55,717 nt of DNA from Candidatus Micrarchaeota archaeon (GCA_026396385.1 JAPLWV010000026.1:1-55717); one strand, 5' to 3'. Positions 41,198 to 51,212 are shown, counted from the stretch's first letter. Made by a program: numbers and translations. The notes: a model not told the origin generated them from the letters alone.

Positions 41198-41809
41198 ATG
41201 AAGGAAGAAGACAAGCCGCTTGTCTCAAGAAGGGTTGCGGCAGTTTTGAGCATACTTATCATAGCAGCACTGGTGCTCTCATTCTACTACTTATCTTGGG
41301 GCATGAAAGCAGGCACAAGCATGGCAGGCATAAACCCAAACAACCAAGCCCCGCAGCCAAACCTGACAGAGGACAGGTGGCAACTCAGCCCGCTTGTGGG
41401 TAAGTATAACATAGACAAGATAAATCAGACTCCAATTCTGATGATAAACTGTAGGTATATGCTGATTGGCTCCTTCGTCCCGACATATTCAGCTGATGTG
41501 GAGAGGAATAATATAGGCAACGCATTGTGTGCTGCAACCCATAACACCATATTCTGCAGCCAATTCTGGGGCTCTCCTAAAGGTTTTTATACCATAAACT
41601 CTAGCGAATGCAATTCTGGAGGCAAGGTGCTCATCTACGCTTTCCACAGCCCCTCCTGCGGCTTCTCATCAGCGCAGAGAGAAGTCCTGAATGCTTTAGA
41701 AGAGGAGTTCCCGAACCAGGTTGAACTCCAGTATATATGCACTCCTATACATTCGGGGGATATAGCGGCATGCTCAAGAGACTTTCTGTTAAAAAGATAT
41801 AACGCATGA
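41198..41809 (+). CDS. Membrane-anchored thioredoxin-fold protein (CxxS motif)
   Basis: N-terminal TM anchor. LIYAFHSPSCGFSSAQREVLNALEEEF resembles a DsbA/thioredoxin active-site helix with CGFS. Confidence 0.5.
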   Translation: MKEEDKPLVSRRVAAVLSILIIAALVLSFYYLSWGMKAGTSMAGINPNNQAPQPNLTEDRWQLSPLVGKYNIDKINQTPILMINCRYMLIGSFVPTYSADVERNNIGNALCAATHNTIFCSQFWGSPKGFYTINSSECNSGGKVLIYAFHSPSCGFSSAQREVLNALEEEFPNQVELQYICTPIHSGDIAACSRDFLLKRYNA

Positions 41810-41818
41810 GGTGTTTCT

Positions 41819-42799
41819 ATGAAGAAAAAAAAGGCTACTAAATTCCCTTATACCGCCGTTCTTTTAGTCCTGGCAATAATTGTAATTGCCGCCCTCTCAT
41901 ACATAATTGTGAGCAGACCTCCAGCAGGGCCGCAGTATAACGTCATTAATCTCACCATTCTCACCCCCACTCCGAAACATAATATTTCTGAAGTGAAAAG
42001 GTTCATGGCAAGGGTTATGGACAGCTACAGCGACCTTCCCTATGCGGACCCCACCACCCTTTATTTCAGAGATGAAAAAGGTCTTTGGGAGGAAGTAGTT
42101 TTGATGAACAAGAGCGGCAGTGCTAAGAATGTCATGATACGAGTCTACGACTCAAACCTCACGCTCGAGAACATTTTTGTTGAAGGACCCAAGCCTATTG
42201 TGCTGAGCAATGATGAGGTTGTAACGAAAGGGGTGGTAAAGTTAAGTGGTAAGCTCAACTGCTCCCAGGACAAGATAAGGGCATTCGTATTCTTCGATTT
42301 ATACTGCCCACCCTGTATAGCAGCTGAGAATAAGATTGATGAGCTCAGGCAGAAGTTCAATAGCAGCATGGATTTTGAATATAAAATAATACTAACGCAT
42401 TCCTACGACCTTGCTCCAAAATACGGGCTTGAAAATGTAACAAAGGCTGCGGGCTACCTTCTCTGCTCCAGGGCGCAGGGCAAGCTTGAGGAATTTAAGA
42501 GATGTGCGATAGATGCATACATGAAGCATGAGGAGGTTCCTCTGACTCCTGATGAACTTAGCCAATGCGTTAACTCAACCTCCCTTGACATCACCGCGCT
42601 CGACGAGTGCATGGGCAGCTACTACGTTGACCTAAACAGGGATAGGACACTTGCGGAAACCTACTCGATTGTGGAGACCAAGCAGCTGTATGCTGTGGGC
42701 GCACCTGTGGTCACAGTTGATTGCATGTACAAAGCAGAAGTGGCGTATGCAGAAGCAGCAATATGCTACGCACACCCAGAACTGCCTGAGTGCAGGTAG
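41819..42799 (+). CDS. Membrane-anchored DsbA/thioredoxin-like oxidoreductase (CPPC motif)
   Basis: N-terminal TM anchor. VFFDLYCPPCIAAENKIDELRQKF. Confidence 0.6.
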   Translation: MKKKKATKFPYTAVLLVLAIIVIAALSYIIVSRPPAGPQYNVINLTILTPTPKHNISEVKRFMARVMDSYSDLPYADPTTLYFRDEKGLWEEVVLMNKSGSAKNVMIRVYDSNLTLENIFVEGPKPIVLSNDEVVTKGVVKLSGKLNCSQDKIRAFVFFDLYCPPCIAAENKIDELRQKFNSSMDFEYKIILTHSYDLAPKYGLENVTKAAGYLLCSRAQGKLEEFKRCAIDAYMKHEEVPLTPDELSQCVNSTSLDITALDECMGSYYVDLNRDRTLAETYSIVETKQLYAVGAPVVTVDCMYKAEVAYAEAAICYAHPELPECR

Positions 42800-43384
42800 C
42801 TACATATTCATTTTTTCGAAAACTTCGGTTAAGTCAACTTCAGTGTTCACGCATCCATCCTTCTTCAGCATAACTCCCTGCCCAGGGAAGTGTGAGCCTC
42901 CTCCAAGCTTCTCGATCGCCATCTGAAGCTCGTTGAAGCATGCAACCCCAAGAAATGCTTTTGGCTTGTGCCTCTGTACTATATTGAATACCTGCGAGCC
43001 TCCTCCAACTATGAAATACTTCATTTCGTTCTTCTCGCATTCCTTGACTATATCCCCAAGTACGCACTTGCCGCATTTCAGGCAGTGGTATCCATCCTCA
43101 TCCACCGGCATCTTGCATTCCTTTATGTTTCTCAAGCAGTGCGGCAGGAATACGACTCTATCTTTTTTTGGAACTACCTTGTAGAAATCCTTGTTTATCC
43201 CGTTATAGAGCTCAATGGTTGTGTACCTGCTCCATTTCTCATCCATAACCCCGATATCCTTCATTATCTTGTTGGCTATGTCGCTTACTGAGGTGTGCAG
43301 GCCAACGGTAAGAGTTCTCGCTGCAAAATCCTTTATCTTTCTCTTAATTCCGTCATCCTTCAAAGCAGTTTCTTTTTTAGCCAT
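42800..43384 (-). CDS. DUF116 family protein
   Basis: VVFLPHCLRN..CLKCGKCVLGDI..IVGGGSQV..LGVACFNEL fits my recollection of the DUF116 pattern. Confidence 0.55.
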   Translation of the reverse strand: MAKKETALKDDGIKRKIKDFAARTLTVGLHTSVSDIANKIMKDIGVMDEKWSRYTTIELYNGINKDFYKVVPKKDRVVFLPHCLRNIKECKMPVDEDGYHCLKCGKCVLGDIVKECEKNEMKYFIVGGGSQVFNIVQRHKPKAFLGVACFNELQMAIEKLGGGSHFPGQGVMLKKDGCVNTEVDLTEVFEKMNM

Positions 43385-43422
43385 AAGCTCACTATAAATT
43401 TTGTAGCATCTGCTTAAAATAT

Positions 43423-44088
43423 CTAACCTCTGTACCTCATCAAAACGAAAAGATGGTCCTTGTCAAACGGGGAGAGCTCGTATTGCTCAAGAATCTCGAA
43501 ATGCTTTCTTAGTTTCTCAAGCATACTCTCATAAACCTCGCTAGGTTTCTTGGTTACATCCACGCTCTGCGACTTTATTGCAAGCATCGCATAGGCCCCT
43601 TTCCTGAGGAACTGCCTTGCATTGCTTATCATTATGCCCTCCTGGTTTGGCTGGGCGACATCCTCGTATACCACATCCACCTTTCCAACTTCTTTTGCAT
43701 ATTCCTCAGTCTTCCTGGCATCCGCAAGCAGTGGCAGCATGTTGCTCCTTTTCTCGCAAACATAAAGCAGGTCCCTCATGCTTCTTGGGGCGAATTCAAC
43801 ACAGTAAACCACGCCTTTCTTACCTACAATATCTGAAATGAAACTTGGGGTAACGCCAGCAGCAGCACCTAGGTAAAGTACTCTGCAACCCTCCTTGAGT
43901 GGCATCTGCTTCATGCCCTTGATTATTGCAACCGCCAGCTTGCTCCGGTATGGGTCCCAGTAGCGGTACTGAACTCCTCCTATCTCTACCAACCTCTCCC
44001 CATGCACCTTGAAATTCTCCACAAGGTTCCTAGTTGCAAGCCTGCCACTTATGAAGAATATGCCCTCAAACTTTTCCTCAATCTTCAT
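43423..44088 (-). CDS. flpA: Fibrillarin-like rRNA/tRNA 2'-O-methyltransferase
   Basis: YRYWDPYRSKLAVAI, VLYLGAAAGVTPSFISDIVG, YEDVAQPNQ. Confidence 0.92.
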   Translation of the reverse strand: MKIEEKFEGIFFISGRLATRNLVENFKVHGERLVEIGGVQYRYWDPYRSKLAVAIIKGMKQMPLKEGCRVLYLGAAAGVTPSFISDIVGKKGVVYCVEFAPRSMRDLLYVCEKRSNMLPLLADARKTEEYAKEVGKVDVVYEDVAQPNQEGIMISNARQFLRKGAYAMLAIKSQSVDVTKKPSEVYESMLEKLRKHFEILEQYELSPFDKDHLFVLMRYRG

Positions 44089-44114
44089 TCTATCACTTTT
44101 GAGTTCCTCCTCAG

Positions 44115-44204
44115 CGGGCCCGGCGGGATTTGAACCCGCGACTCCCTGGTTTCCTCGTGTGAGTTTAAAAGCCAGGTACTCTGGCCAAGCTGAGTTACGG
44201 GCCC
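44115..44204 (-). tRNA. tRNA-Lys(UUU) with a ~15-nt intron at the canonical 37/38 position
   Basis: Reverse complement: GGGCCCG-TA-ACTC-AGCTTGGCCA-GAGT-A-CCTGG-CTTTTA[ACTCACACGAGGAAA]-CCAGG-GAGTC-GCGGG-TTCAAAT-CCCGC-CGGGCCC-G. Confidence 0.85.
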
Positions 44205-44241
44205 TCAGAAACTCTTAGAATTGTGAAGTTATTGGTATTTA

Positions 44242-45861
44242 TTATTTCCTGAGCTTAGTCTCCTGCTGCTTTATGCTTTCATCGCTCACCTTCTCAAATA
44301 GAGGCTTGGCTGTAGCTATCTTTTTCCCAGGTGCCAGAAGCTCCTTGTCAGCATGCTCCCATGTGATTTTCTCACTGATTTCCAGCATGCTCAGGAGTTT
44401 CTCAGAAGAGAACGGCAGATATGGTGAGAGCAGCACAGCCAGAGCGGTGACCGCGCGGGAGCAGACATAAAGGCAGTTTCCAAGCTTCTGCTTGTCCTTC
44501 TCCCTCCAGGGCTCCCTCTCACTGAGGTATCGGTTGAATTCCGAGGCAAGGGAGTTTATCTCCTCAAGCCCTTCCTTGAAATCAAAGGAGTCTACCCTCT
44601 TCCCAACCGATTCTTTCTTCTCGCTTATCAGCCTGAGCAGCTTCTCCTCATTTCCATCCAAGTTCTCGGGTTTCGGTATTTGCGAGGAACAGGACTTGTT
44701 TATTAGAACAAGGGTTCTATGCACGAAGTTGCCTATGCACGCAATCAACTCATTATTCACCTTATCCTGGAAGTCATTCCAGTAGAAATCCGCATCCTGC
44801 ACGCTATGAGGAGTTATTGTTGTGATGTAATAGCGCAGGTAATCCGGAGGGAATGCCGAGAGGTAGTCCTCCAGGGAAACGAACCAGTGCTTGCTCTTTG
44901 AGAATTTCCTTCCTTCAAGGTTGAGGTATCCTCTTGTGGGAATTGCATCTGGAGGCTTGAAACCCTCCCCAACTTCCATCAGCATAGCAGGCCAGAAGAG
45001 GTAATGGTGGTAGACTATATCTTTTCCTATGAAGTGCACCACTCGGGAATCCTTCTTCCAATAGTCCTCCCAGTTCTTTCCGTTGAGCTTTGCCCATGCG
45101 ACCGTTGAGCTCACATATCCTATGGGAGCATCGAACCATACATAGAGGACTTTGCCCTTCTCTCCAGGTATGGACACGCCCCATTCCATATCCCTGCTGA
45201 TGTCCCAGTCCTTCAGTCCTTCCTTTATCCAGTTCAGCAGGTAGTTGACAACTTCAGACTGCAGCTCCTTGTTTCCCTTCAGCCAAGCCTCAAGTTTTGG
45301 GGAGAGCTGGCTGAGCTTGAGGAAGTAATGCCTGCTCTTCTTTGTTACTGGTTTGGAGCCGCAGGAGGAACATTTGGGCTCGAGAAGCTCCCCTGCGCCA
45401 AGAGCTTTTCCGCAAGCATCACAGTAATCACTGTACTGTCCATCTGTATTGCAGTGTGGGCATCTCCCTATGACAAATCTGTCGGGCAGGAAGCGCTTGC
45501 ACTTCTCGCAGTAAGCCTGCTCAACCTCTTTCTCGTAAATCAAACCTTTTTCATTCAGCTTTAGGAAGAAGTGCTGCGCCATTTCTTTATTTTCCTTTGA
45601 TGAAGTCCTGTGGAATACGTCCATGCTGAAGCCGAGCTTTTCAAATTCGCTCTTGTCCTTCTCGTGGTAGTAGTCAGCGAATTCAGCAGGCGTCTTCTTC
45701 TCCTTCTCGGCAGCAGCTACGATGGGCGTGCCGTGCTCATCGCTTGCGCAGATATAAACTGCGTCATTTCCTGCAAGCCTCTGGTAGCGGGCATAGATGT
45801 CTGCAGGCAGGTATGTGCTCCGGATGTGCCCTAGGTGCAACGGCCCGTTCGCATAGGGCAA
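44242..45861 (-). CDS. metG: Methionine--tRNA ligase (short form, no C-terminal tRNA-binding appendix)
   Basis: LPYANGPLHLGH (HIGH), zinc knuckles CEKC..CPHC, KFSKSK (KMSKS). The reading frame stays open 14 codons upstream (..SSGDWIRITITAA) without a standard start codon, so the true N-terminus is uncertain. Confidence 0.88.
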   Translation of the reverse strand: MPYANGPLHLGHIRSTYLPADIYARYQRLAGNDAVYICASDEHGTPIVAAAEKEKKTPAEFADYYHEKDKSEFEKLGFSMDVFHRTSSKENKEMAQHFFLKLNEKGLIYEKEVEQAYCEKCKRFLPDRFVIGRCPHCNTDGQYSDYCDACGKALGAGELLEPKCSSCGSKPVTKKSRHYFLKLSQLSPKLEAWLKGNKELQSEVVNYLLNWIKEGLKDWDISRDMEWGVSIPGEKGKVLYVWFDAPIGYVSSTVAWAKLNGKNWEDYWKKDSRVVHFIGKDIVYHHYLFWPAMLMEVGEGFKPPDAIPTRGYLNLEGRKFSKSKHWFVSLEDYLSAFPPDYLRYYITTITPHSVQDADFYWNDFQDKVNNELIACIGNFVHRTLVLINKSCSSQIPKPENLDGNEEKLLRLISEKKESVGKRVDSFDFKEGLEEINSLASEFNRYLSEREPWREKDKQKLGNCLYVCSRAVTALAVLLSPYLPFSSEKLLSMLEISEKITWEHADKELLAPGKKIATAKPLFEKVSDESIKQQETKLRK

Positions 45862-46012
45862 TGCGGCAGTTATTGTTATTCTTATCCAATCACCACTGGA
45901 AAGTTACCCTCTCCTTACCTATTTAAACCCATCCGGATAAGGGATAGGTCAGCAAAAGATATTTATGCACTACGGTATAAAATAGCAATACTCTTTTTAG
46001 GAGGAGAGGTGA

Positions 46013-48088
46013 ATGGCCGAGGATATCTCGCTCATAGTGGACGAGTTCGAGAAGTTCTTTGACACTTTCTGTAAGGAGGATGTTGAGAAGCTTCTTGACA
46101 GGTACCCAGAGAAAAGAAGCTTGGATGTCAGCTATACGCAGCTCAGCAAGTACAGCAGCAAAATTGCAGATAATTTGCTGAACAAGCCTGACTTATTCAT
46201 TAAAGCCGCTATTGAGGCATTGAAGGGAATGGCCATGCCATCCCAGTACGAGGTGCCATTCGAGCCCCATGTCAGATTTTTCGAATTGCCAGAACAGAGC
46301 AGACCCCTGATTCAAGACATAGGGGCGGATCACGTTGGGAAACTCATCTGTATTGATTGTCTTATAACCAAGAGGACGGAGATAAGGCCGAAAGTGAAAA
46401 TGATGGTGCTGAGATGCCCATACTGCGAGCATATTGAGAAAATTCTTATTGAGAAAAATACCGTAATACCCGAGGCATGCTCAAGCTGCAAGAGGAAAGG
46501 CCTGCAGCATGATGAGGAAGAGTCTAGATTCGTAAACCTGCAGAAAGCCGAGGCTCAGGAGCCCCTTGAGAGGACGAGGGGAGGCGCTCCCGCAAGCCAT
46601 ATTGAGGTGTGGCTGGAGGATGACTTAGTCAATACGATCAGCCCGGGGCAGAGGGTTGAGATAACCGGCGTTTTGAGGATAAGACCTTTCAACGAGTCGA
46701 AGGGGCAGGCCTCAAGAACAGTATATTCAAAGTTCCTTGATGCCGTTCACCTCAAGAGGGTTGAGAAGGAGTTTGAGGAAGTGGATATCAATAAGGAGGA
46801 TGAGGAGGAGATACTGACGCTCTCAAAAGATCCGAGCATATACCAGAAGATAGTGGGCTCGATAGCACCTTCTATATATGGTCATGATGAGGTGAAGGAG
46901 GCGCTTGCGCTCCAGCTTTTCGGGGGAACTCCGAACAAGATGCTCTCTGATGGAGGGCGTATAAGGAGCGACATACATGTGCTTCTCATAGGTGACCCGG
47001 GAGTCAGCAAAACGAGAATGCTGCAGTACATAACAAACCTTGCCCCAAAGAGTATATATGTGAGCGGCAAGGCGGTGACATCCGCCGGTCTTACGGCGAG
47101 TGCTGAGAAGGACGAACTTGGCGATGGAGGGTGGACTCTGAAGGCAGGTGCGCTTGTCCTTGCATCAGGAGGCCTGGCTGGCATAGATGAATTTGACAAG
47201 ATTAAGGATGAGGAATTAGCAGCAATGCACGAAGTAATGGAATCACAGAGCATAAGTGTTGCAAAAGCAGGCATAGTCGCAAAGTTCAATGCGAAAACTT
47301 CAATACTTGCGGCAGCCAACCCCAAGTATGGCAGGTTTGACCCCAACAGATATCCCGCAGAGCAGTTTGACATTCCTCCAACAATTCTCTCCAGGTTTGA
47401 CCTAATATTCCCGATAAAGGACATACTGGATGAGGAGAAGGACAGGAAGCTTGCGGATTTTATACTCAACCAGCACACAATAGCCGGGAAGAGGGTGGAG
47501 AAGACCATAAGCGAGGAGGAGGAGATAAGACCGCCCATTGACGCAACTCTGCTGAGGAAGTATATAGCATACTCAAGAACCAGAGTGAATCCAATACTGA
47601 CTTCGGAGGCGAATGAGAAGATAAAGGAGTATTATGTAGAGCTGAGAAGAATTGGCGCAAGTCAGGGAGCAGTGCCTATAACACCGAGGTATATTGAGGG
47701 AATGGTGAGGCTGGCAGAGGCGAGCGCAAAGGTGAGGCTGAGCAGAAGGGTGGAGCTTTGTGATGCAGAGAGGGCTACAAAGCTCATGGATTTCATGCTT
47801 AAGTCTATAACAATGGATAAGGGGCTGGGCAGAATTGACATAGATATAATAACTACAGGGCAGCCAAAATCAAAAGCAGACAGAATAAGAAATGTGCTTG
47901 ACATAGTGAAGGATCTTGAGAAGGAATACGACCTGGTTGAAGTGGAGAAAGTTGTTGAAGAGGCAAAGAAATACGGATTGGATGAAACAACAACAAGAAG
48001 GATAATTGAAGAAATGCTGAGGAAGACCGGTGAACTCTATGAGCCAAAGCACGGGCATGTGAAAGTTGTGAGGCCAAAGGTTGAGTGA
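46013..48088 (+). CDS. mcm: Minichromosome maintenance (MCM) replicative helicase
   Basis: Zinc finger CPYCEH..CSSCKRK. Walker A LIGDPGVSKT. Walker B GIDEFDKI. SRFDLIF arginine-finger region. C-terminal winged helix. Confidence 0.95.
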   Translation: MAEDISLIVDEFEKFFDTFCKEDVEKLLDRYPEKRSLDVSYTQLSKYSSKIADNLLNKPDLFIKAAIEALKGMAMPSQYEVPFEPHVRFFELPEQSRPLIQDIGADHVGKLICIDCLITKRTEIRPKVKMMVLRCPYCEHIEKILIEKNTVIPEACSSCKRKGLQHDEEESRFVNLQKAEAQEPLERTRGGAPASHIEVWLEDDLVNTISPGQRVEITGVLRIRPFNESKGQASRTVYSKFLDAVHLKRVEKEFEEVDINKEDEEEILTLSKDPSIYQKIVGSIAPSIYGHDEVKEALALQLFGGTPNKMLSDGGRIRSDIHVLLIGDPGVSKTRMLQYITNLAPKSIYVSGKAVTSAGLTASAEKDELGDGGWTLKAGALVLASGGLAGIDEFDKIKDEELAAMHEVMESQSISVAKAGIVAKFNAKTSILAAANPKYGRFDPNRYPAEQFDIPPTILSRFDLIFPIKDILDEEKDRKLADFILNQHTIAGKRVEKTISEEEEIRPPIDATLLRKYIAYSRTRVNPILTSEANEKIKEYYVELRRIGASQGAVPITPRYIEGMVRLAEASAKVRLSRRVELCDAERATKLMDFMLKSITMDKGLGRIDIDIITTGQPKSKADRIRNVLDIVKDLEKEYDLVEVEKVVEEAKKYGLDETTTRRIIEEMLRKTGELYEPKHGHVKVVRPKVE

Positions 48089-48089
48089 G

Positions 48090-48932
48090 ATGAATCACAT
48101 AGCAAGAATAGTTGCAATGTTCCTCATTGCACAGTTCATTGGACTGTTTGTTGGAATCCAACTTGTTGGAAACCCTGTGTACAATGATTTGAATGTCACC
48201 CCCAACCAGCAGCCAGGCGATATGGGGAACTCGTTTCTATTCATTCTTTATGTAATTTTAGTTGCAGTAATAGTTGTGCTTGTCATAAGATACGTTAAAT
48301 GGTCTCATTCTCTCTTCAGGCTGTTTGAGGTTGTCATGATATTTGGAACTTCATCCCTCGTCTTCTTCATCTTCCTGACATACTTTGGAGTGCCCTACTA
48401 CATGGAGATAACTGTTGTGCTTTCCCTTCTGCTTGTTCTTCTAAAGGTGAAGCGCCCGGAGTTCAGGAATGTGGCAGCAATAATCTCCAGCGCTGCTGCG
48501 GGGGCGCTTTTCGGCTTCTCATTCGACATGATACCTGCGCTCATCTTCATAACTTTCGCCTCTCTCTATGATTTTGTTTCCGTCTTCGTGACAAAGCACA
48601 TGATTTACATGGCGAAGGAAATGAGCAAGATGGATTTGTCCTTCACCATCTCCAGCAGGGAGAAGAGGTATGTGAAAGCGCACAAGAAGGAGGAGGAGTT
48701 TTCCGTTGAGCTTGGGAGCGGAGATATTGCCCTGCCTCTCATGCTTGCAGTTTCAGCTTACAGGTTTGACTTCAGCTTCATAGACGCATTTGCAGTTGTG
48801 CTGGGCGCGACAATAGGGCTCGTTATAGTGCTCTACTACGTCACGAAAAATAAGGTTTTCCTGCCTGCCCTGCCGCCCCTATGCTTCTTCGGAGTGCTTT
48901 CCTTTGGCTTATCAAGGCTGCTGCTACACTGA
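48090..48932 (+). CDS. Presenilin/signal-peptide-peptidase homolog (A22 family intramembrane aspartyl protease)
   Basis: Polytopic membrane protein with SLYDFVSVF (YD), LGSGDIALP (GxGD) and FLPALPP (PAL) motifs. ATG 48090 is preferred over TTG 48081. Confidence 0.8.
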   Translation: MNHIARIVAMFLIAQFIGLFVGIQLVGNPVYNDLNVTPNQQPGDMGNSFLFILYVILVAVIVVLVIRYVKWSHSLFRLFEVVMIFGTSSLVFFIFLTYFGVPYYMEITVVLSLLLVLLKVKRPEFRNVAAIISSAAAGALFGFSFDMIPALIFITFASLYDFVSVFVTKHMIYMAKEMSKMDLSFTISSREKRYVKAHKKEEEFSVELGSGDIALPLMLAVSAYRFDFSFIDAFAVVLGATIGLVIVLYYVTKNKVFLPALPPLCFFGVLSFGLSRLLLH

Positions 48933-48968
48933 GCTTTATAAATTTGTATTTGCATAAGAGATGCTGCT

Positions 48969-49373
48969 ATGGAATACGACAAACTTTTGGAGAGGGCATA
49001 TTCCTGCCTGCCTGAAAAGGCTAGCGGAGGGGCCAGGTTTGAGATGCCCGTGGTTGAGAGCTTCGTGCAGGGGAACAAAACTATAATAAAGAATTTTGAC
49101 GAGATTGCCGGAAAGCTTAGGAGAACTCCTGAGGAGATTATGAAATACCTCACAAGGGAGCTTGCAATTCCCATGAGCAGGGAGGGGCCAGGGCTTATAC
49201 TGCAGGGTAAATTCTATGACCGGGTGCTCAACGAGAAGCTGAAGAAGTATGTTACTTCATTCGTCATATGTAAGGAGTGCAAGAAGGCAGATACTAAGAT
49301 AATTGGTGTTGAGAGGGGAACGAGGGCTATAGTTTGTGAGGCTTGTGGAGCCCGGTCTCCAGTGAGGGCTTGA
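48969..49373 (+). CDS. eif2b: Translation initiation factor 2 subunit beta (aIF2-beta)
   Basis: YDKLLERAYSCLPEK, TIIKNFDEIA, C-terminal zinc ribbon CKECKKADT..CEACGA. Confidence 0.9.
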   Translation: MEYDKLLERAYSCLPEKASGGARFEMPVVESFVQGNKTIIKNFDEIAGKLRRTPEEIMKYLTRELAIPMSREGPGLILQGKFYDRVLNEKLKKYVTSFVICKECKKADTKIIGVERGTRAIVCEACGARSPVRA

Positions 49374-49374
49374 T

Positions 49375-49668
49375 ATGGTAGAGGAAGAACAGGAAGTTAT
49401 TGGAAGGTTGAGATTACCAAGGAAGGGAGAAGTGCTGGGGGTAGTAATTAGCATGATGGGCGCAAGCAGGCTTCTGGTCGACTGTATAGACGAAAAGGAG
49501 AGGATGTGCAGGATTCCGGGTAAGATAAAGAGGAGGATATGGGTGAAGGATGGGGATGTTGTGCTCATCAAGCCCTGGATAGTTGAAAGCGATAAGAAAG
49601 GGGATTTAGTTTGGAGGTATACCAGGCTGCAGGCAGACTGGCTTAGAAGAGCGGGCCACATGAAGTGA
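49375..49668 (+). CDS. eif1a: Translation initiation factor 1A (aIF1A)
   Basis: RLPRKGEVLGVVISMMGASRLLVDCIDEKERMCRIPGKIKRRIWVKDGDVVLIKPW. Confidence 0.9.
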   Translation: MVEEEQEVIGRLRLPRKGEVLGVVISMMGASRLLVDCIDEKERMCRIPGKIKRRIWVKDGDVVLIKPWIVESDKKGDLVWRYTRLQADWLRRAGHMK

Positions 49669-49672
49669 GAGC

Positions 49673-50440
49673 ATGGCGAGGAAGCTCTCAACAAGGAAAA
49701 GACCCCGTAGGGAGGATAAACAGTTAAAGGAAAAGAAGAAGATTGAGTCAAAGGTTTTTGACAGATACACAATGCTCATTCTGGGGGGGTTTTTGAACAA
49801 GAAGATAATAAGGAGCGTAGACTACCCCATAGCCAGCGGGAAGGAGGCAGTTGTCTTCAGGGCAACCGCAGGTGAGAAATTTGAGGGTGAGGAGGAGCAC
49901 ATAGCAATCAAGATATACAAGATTGAGACGAGCAGTTTTGCGAGGATGCAGACATATATAAGGGGAGACCCGCGCTTCCTTGGTGTGGGGGGAGTCAAAA
50001 GGGGAATTATTTTTGCCTGGTGTAGGAAGGAGTTCAGGAATCTTCAGATATGCAAGGATGCAGAAGTGCCTGCCCCAACTCCGTATTTTTTTAAGGATAA
50101 TGTACTGCTCATGCAGTTCCTTGGTGAGGAGGGAATTCCGGATTCCCTGCTTGTTGATGTGGGAAGCGACAACCCTGAGAAAGACTGCAACACTCTGATT
50201 GGCTATGTAAGGAAGTTGTACAATAGGGGGTTCGTTCATGCGGATATAAGTGAGTTTAATATACTGATGCATGGAGATGTTCCTTACCTGATAGATATGG
50301 GGCAGGGAGTTCTCTTGGACCATCCCAAAGCAGAGGAATTCATGAGGAGAGATGTTGAGAATATATTGAGGTATTTCAGGAAGTATGGAATTGAGAAGAA
50401 TGGAGAGGAGGTTATCAAGTGGGTGAAGGGCTCAGGGTAG
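49673..50440 (+). CDS. rio1: RIO-type serine/threonine protein kinase (Rio1)
   Basis: IASGKEAVVFRA, IAIKIYK, VHADISEFNILM, IDMGQGV. No N-terminal wHTH, so Rio1 rather than Rio2. Confidence 0.85.
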   Translation: MARKLSTRKRPRREDKQLKEKKKIESKVFDRYTMLILGGFLNKKIIRSVDYPIASGKEAVVFRATAGEKFEGEEEHIAIKIYKIETSSFARMQTYIRGDPRFLGVGGVKRGIIFAWCRKEFRNLQICKDAEVPAPTPYFFKDNVLLMQFLGEEGIPDSLLVDVGSDNPEKDCNTLIGYVRKLYNRGFVHADISEFNILMHGDVPYLIDMGQGVLLDHPKAEEFMRRDVENILRYFRKYGIEKNGEEVIKWVKGSG

Positions 50441-51076
50441 TTATTTATAACCGAATTCTCCAATGAGAGGTACAAAAACAACCGGCATAAGATTTGAGGT
50501 TTCTACTTCTTTTCCAACCTTCACAACAAGCTCCAAGTCCTGGAACATTCTGGAGCCCACAGGTATGAGTAGCTTTCCGCCATCCGCAAGCTGGTCTACC
50601 AGAGGCTGAGGAATTGAGGGAGATGCTGCTGTGACAATTATTCTGTCATAGGGAGCTTCTTGGGGATACCCTTTCGTGCCATCGCCCTCAATAAATTTTA
50701 TATTTGTCAGACCCAGTTTCTCGACATTGCCTTTGGCAAGCGCTATGAGCTCTGGAATTCTCTCAACTGTATAGACGGATCCGGAATCGCCTGCCAGCAC
50801 AGCCAGAATTGCAGCTTGGTAGCCGCTTCCTGAGCCTATCTCCAGCATCTTCATTCCATCTTGAACATCAAGTGATTTGCTCATGAACGCAACTATGCTT
50901 GGAGCAGAGATGGTCTGCCCAAGCCCTATGGGCAGAGGGGTATCAGAGTAAGAAGCCTTTGCGTAATCGGGATGAACAAACAGCTCTCTTGGCACCTTTT
51001 TCATTGCTTCAGCTACCCAGTCATCCGCATAACCCTGCTGTAAAAGAAGCTCAATCATCTCCTCATTTCCACCCAT
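50441..51076 (-). CDS. pcm: Protein-L-isoaspartate O-methyltransferase
   Basis: GQTISAPSIVAFM, MLEIGSGSGYQAAILA, DRIIVTAA. Confidence 0.88.
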   Translation of the reverse strand: MGGNEEMIELLLQQGYADDWVAEAMKKVPRELFVHPDYAKASYSDTPLPIGLGQTISAPSIVAFMSKSLDVQDGMKMLEIGSGSGYQAAILAVLAGDSGSVYTVERIPELIALAKGNVEKLGLTNIKFIEGDGTKGYPQEAPYDRIIVTAASPSIPQPLVDQLADGGKLLIPVGSRMFQDLELVVKVGKEVETSNLMPVVFVPLIGEFGYK

Positions 51077-51212
51077 GGTAGTTTTGTGAAATTAGGTGGA
51101 TTAATAGCTTTGCCCAAACAGCTAAAAAATGCCTTTTTTGATAAAATTATCGACGTAAAACCAATAAGAAGTTTTTTATATTCTCTTATCCAAATAATAC
51201 TAGTGAATAACA

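Noticed and set aside
45885-45905. TTTCCAGTGGTGA (minus-strand reading), which resembles the mini-ORB core TTCCAGTGGAAAC of archaeal replication origins, in the metG/mcm divergent intergenic region
   Set aside because: There is only a single imperfect copy. There are no inverted partner boxes, no obvious AT-rich unwinding element and no orc1/cdc6 gene nearby. This is insufficient to call an origin.
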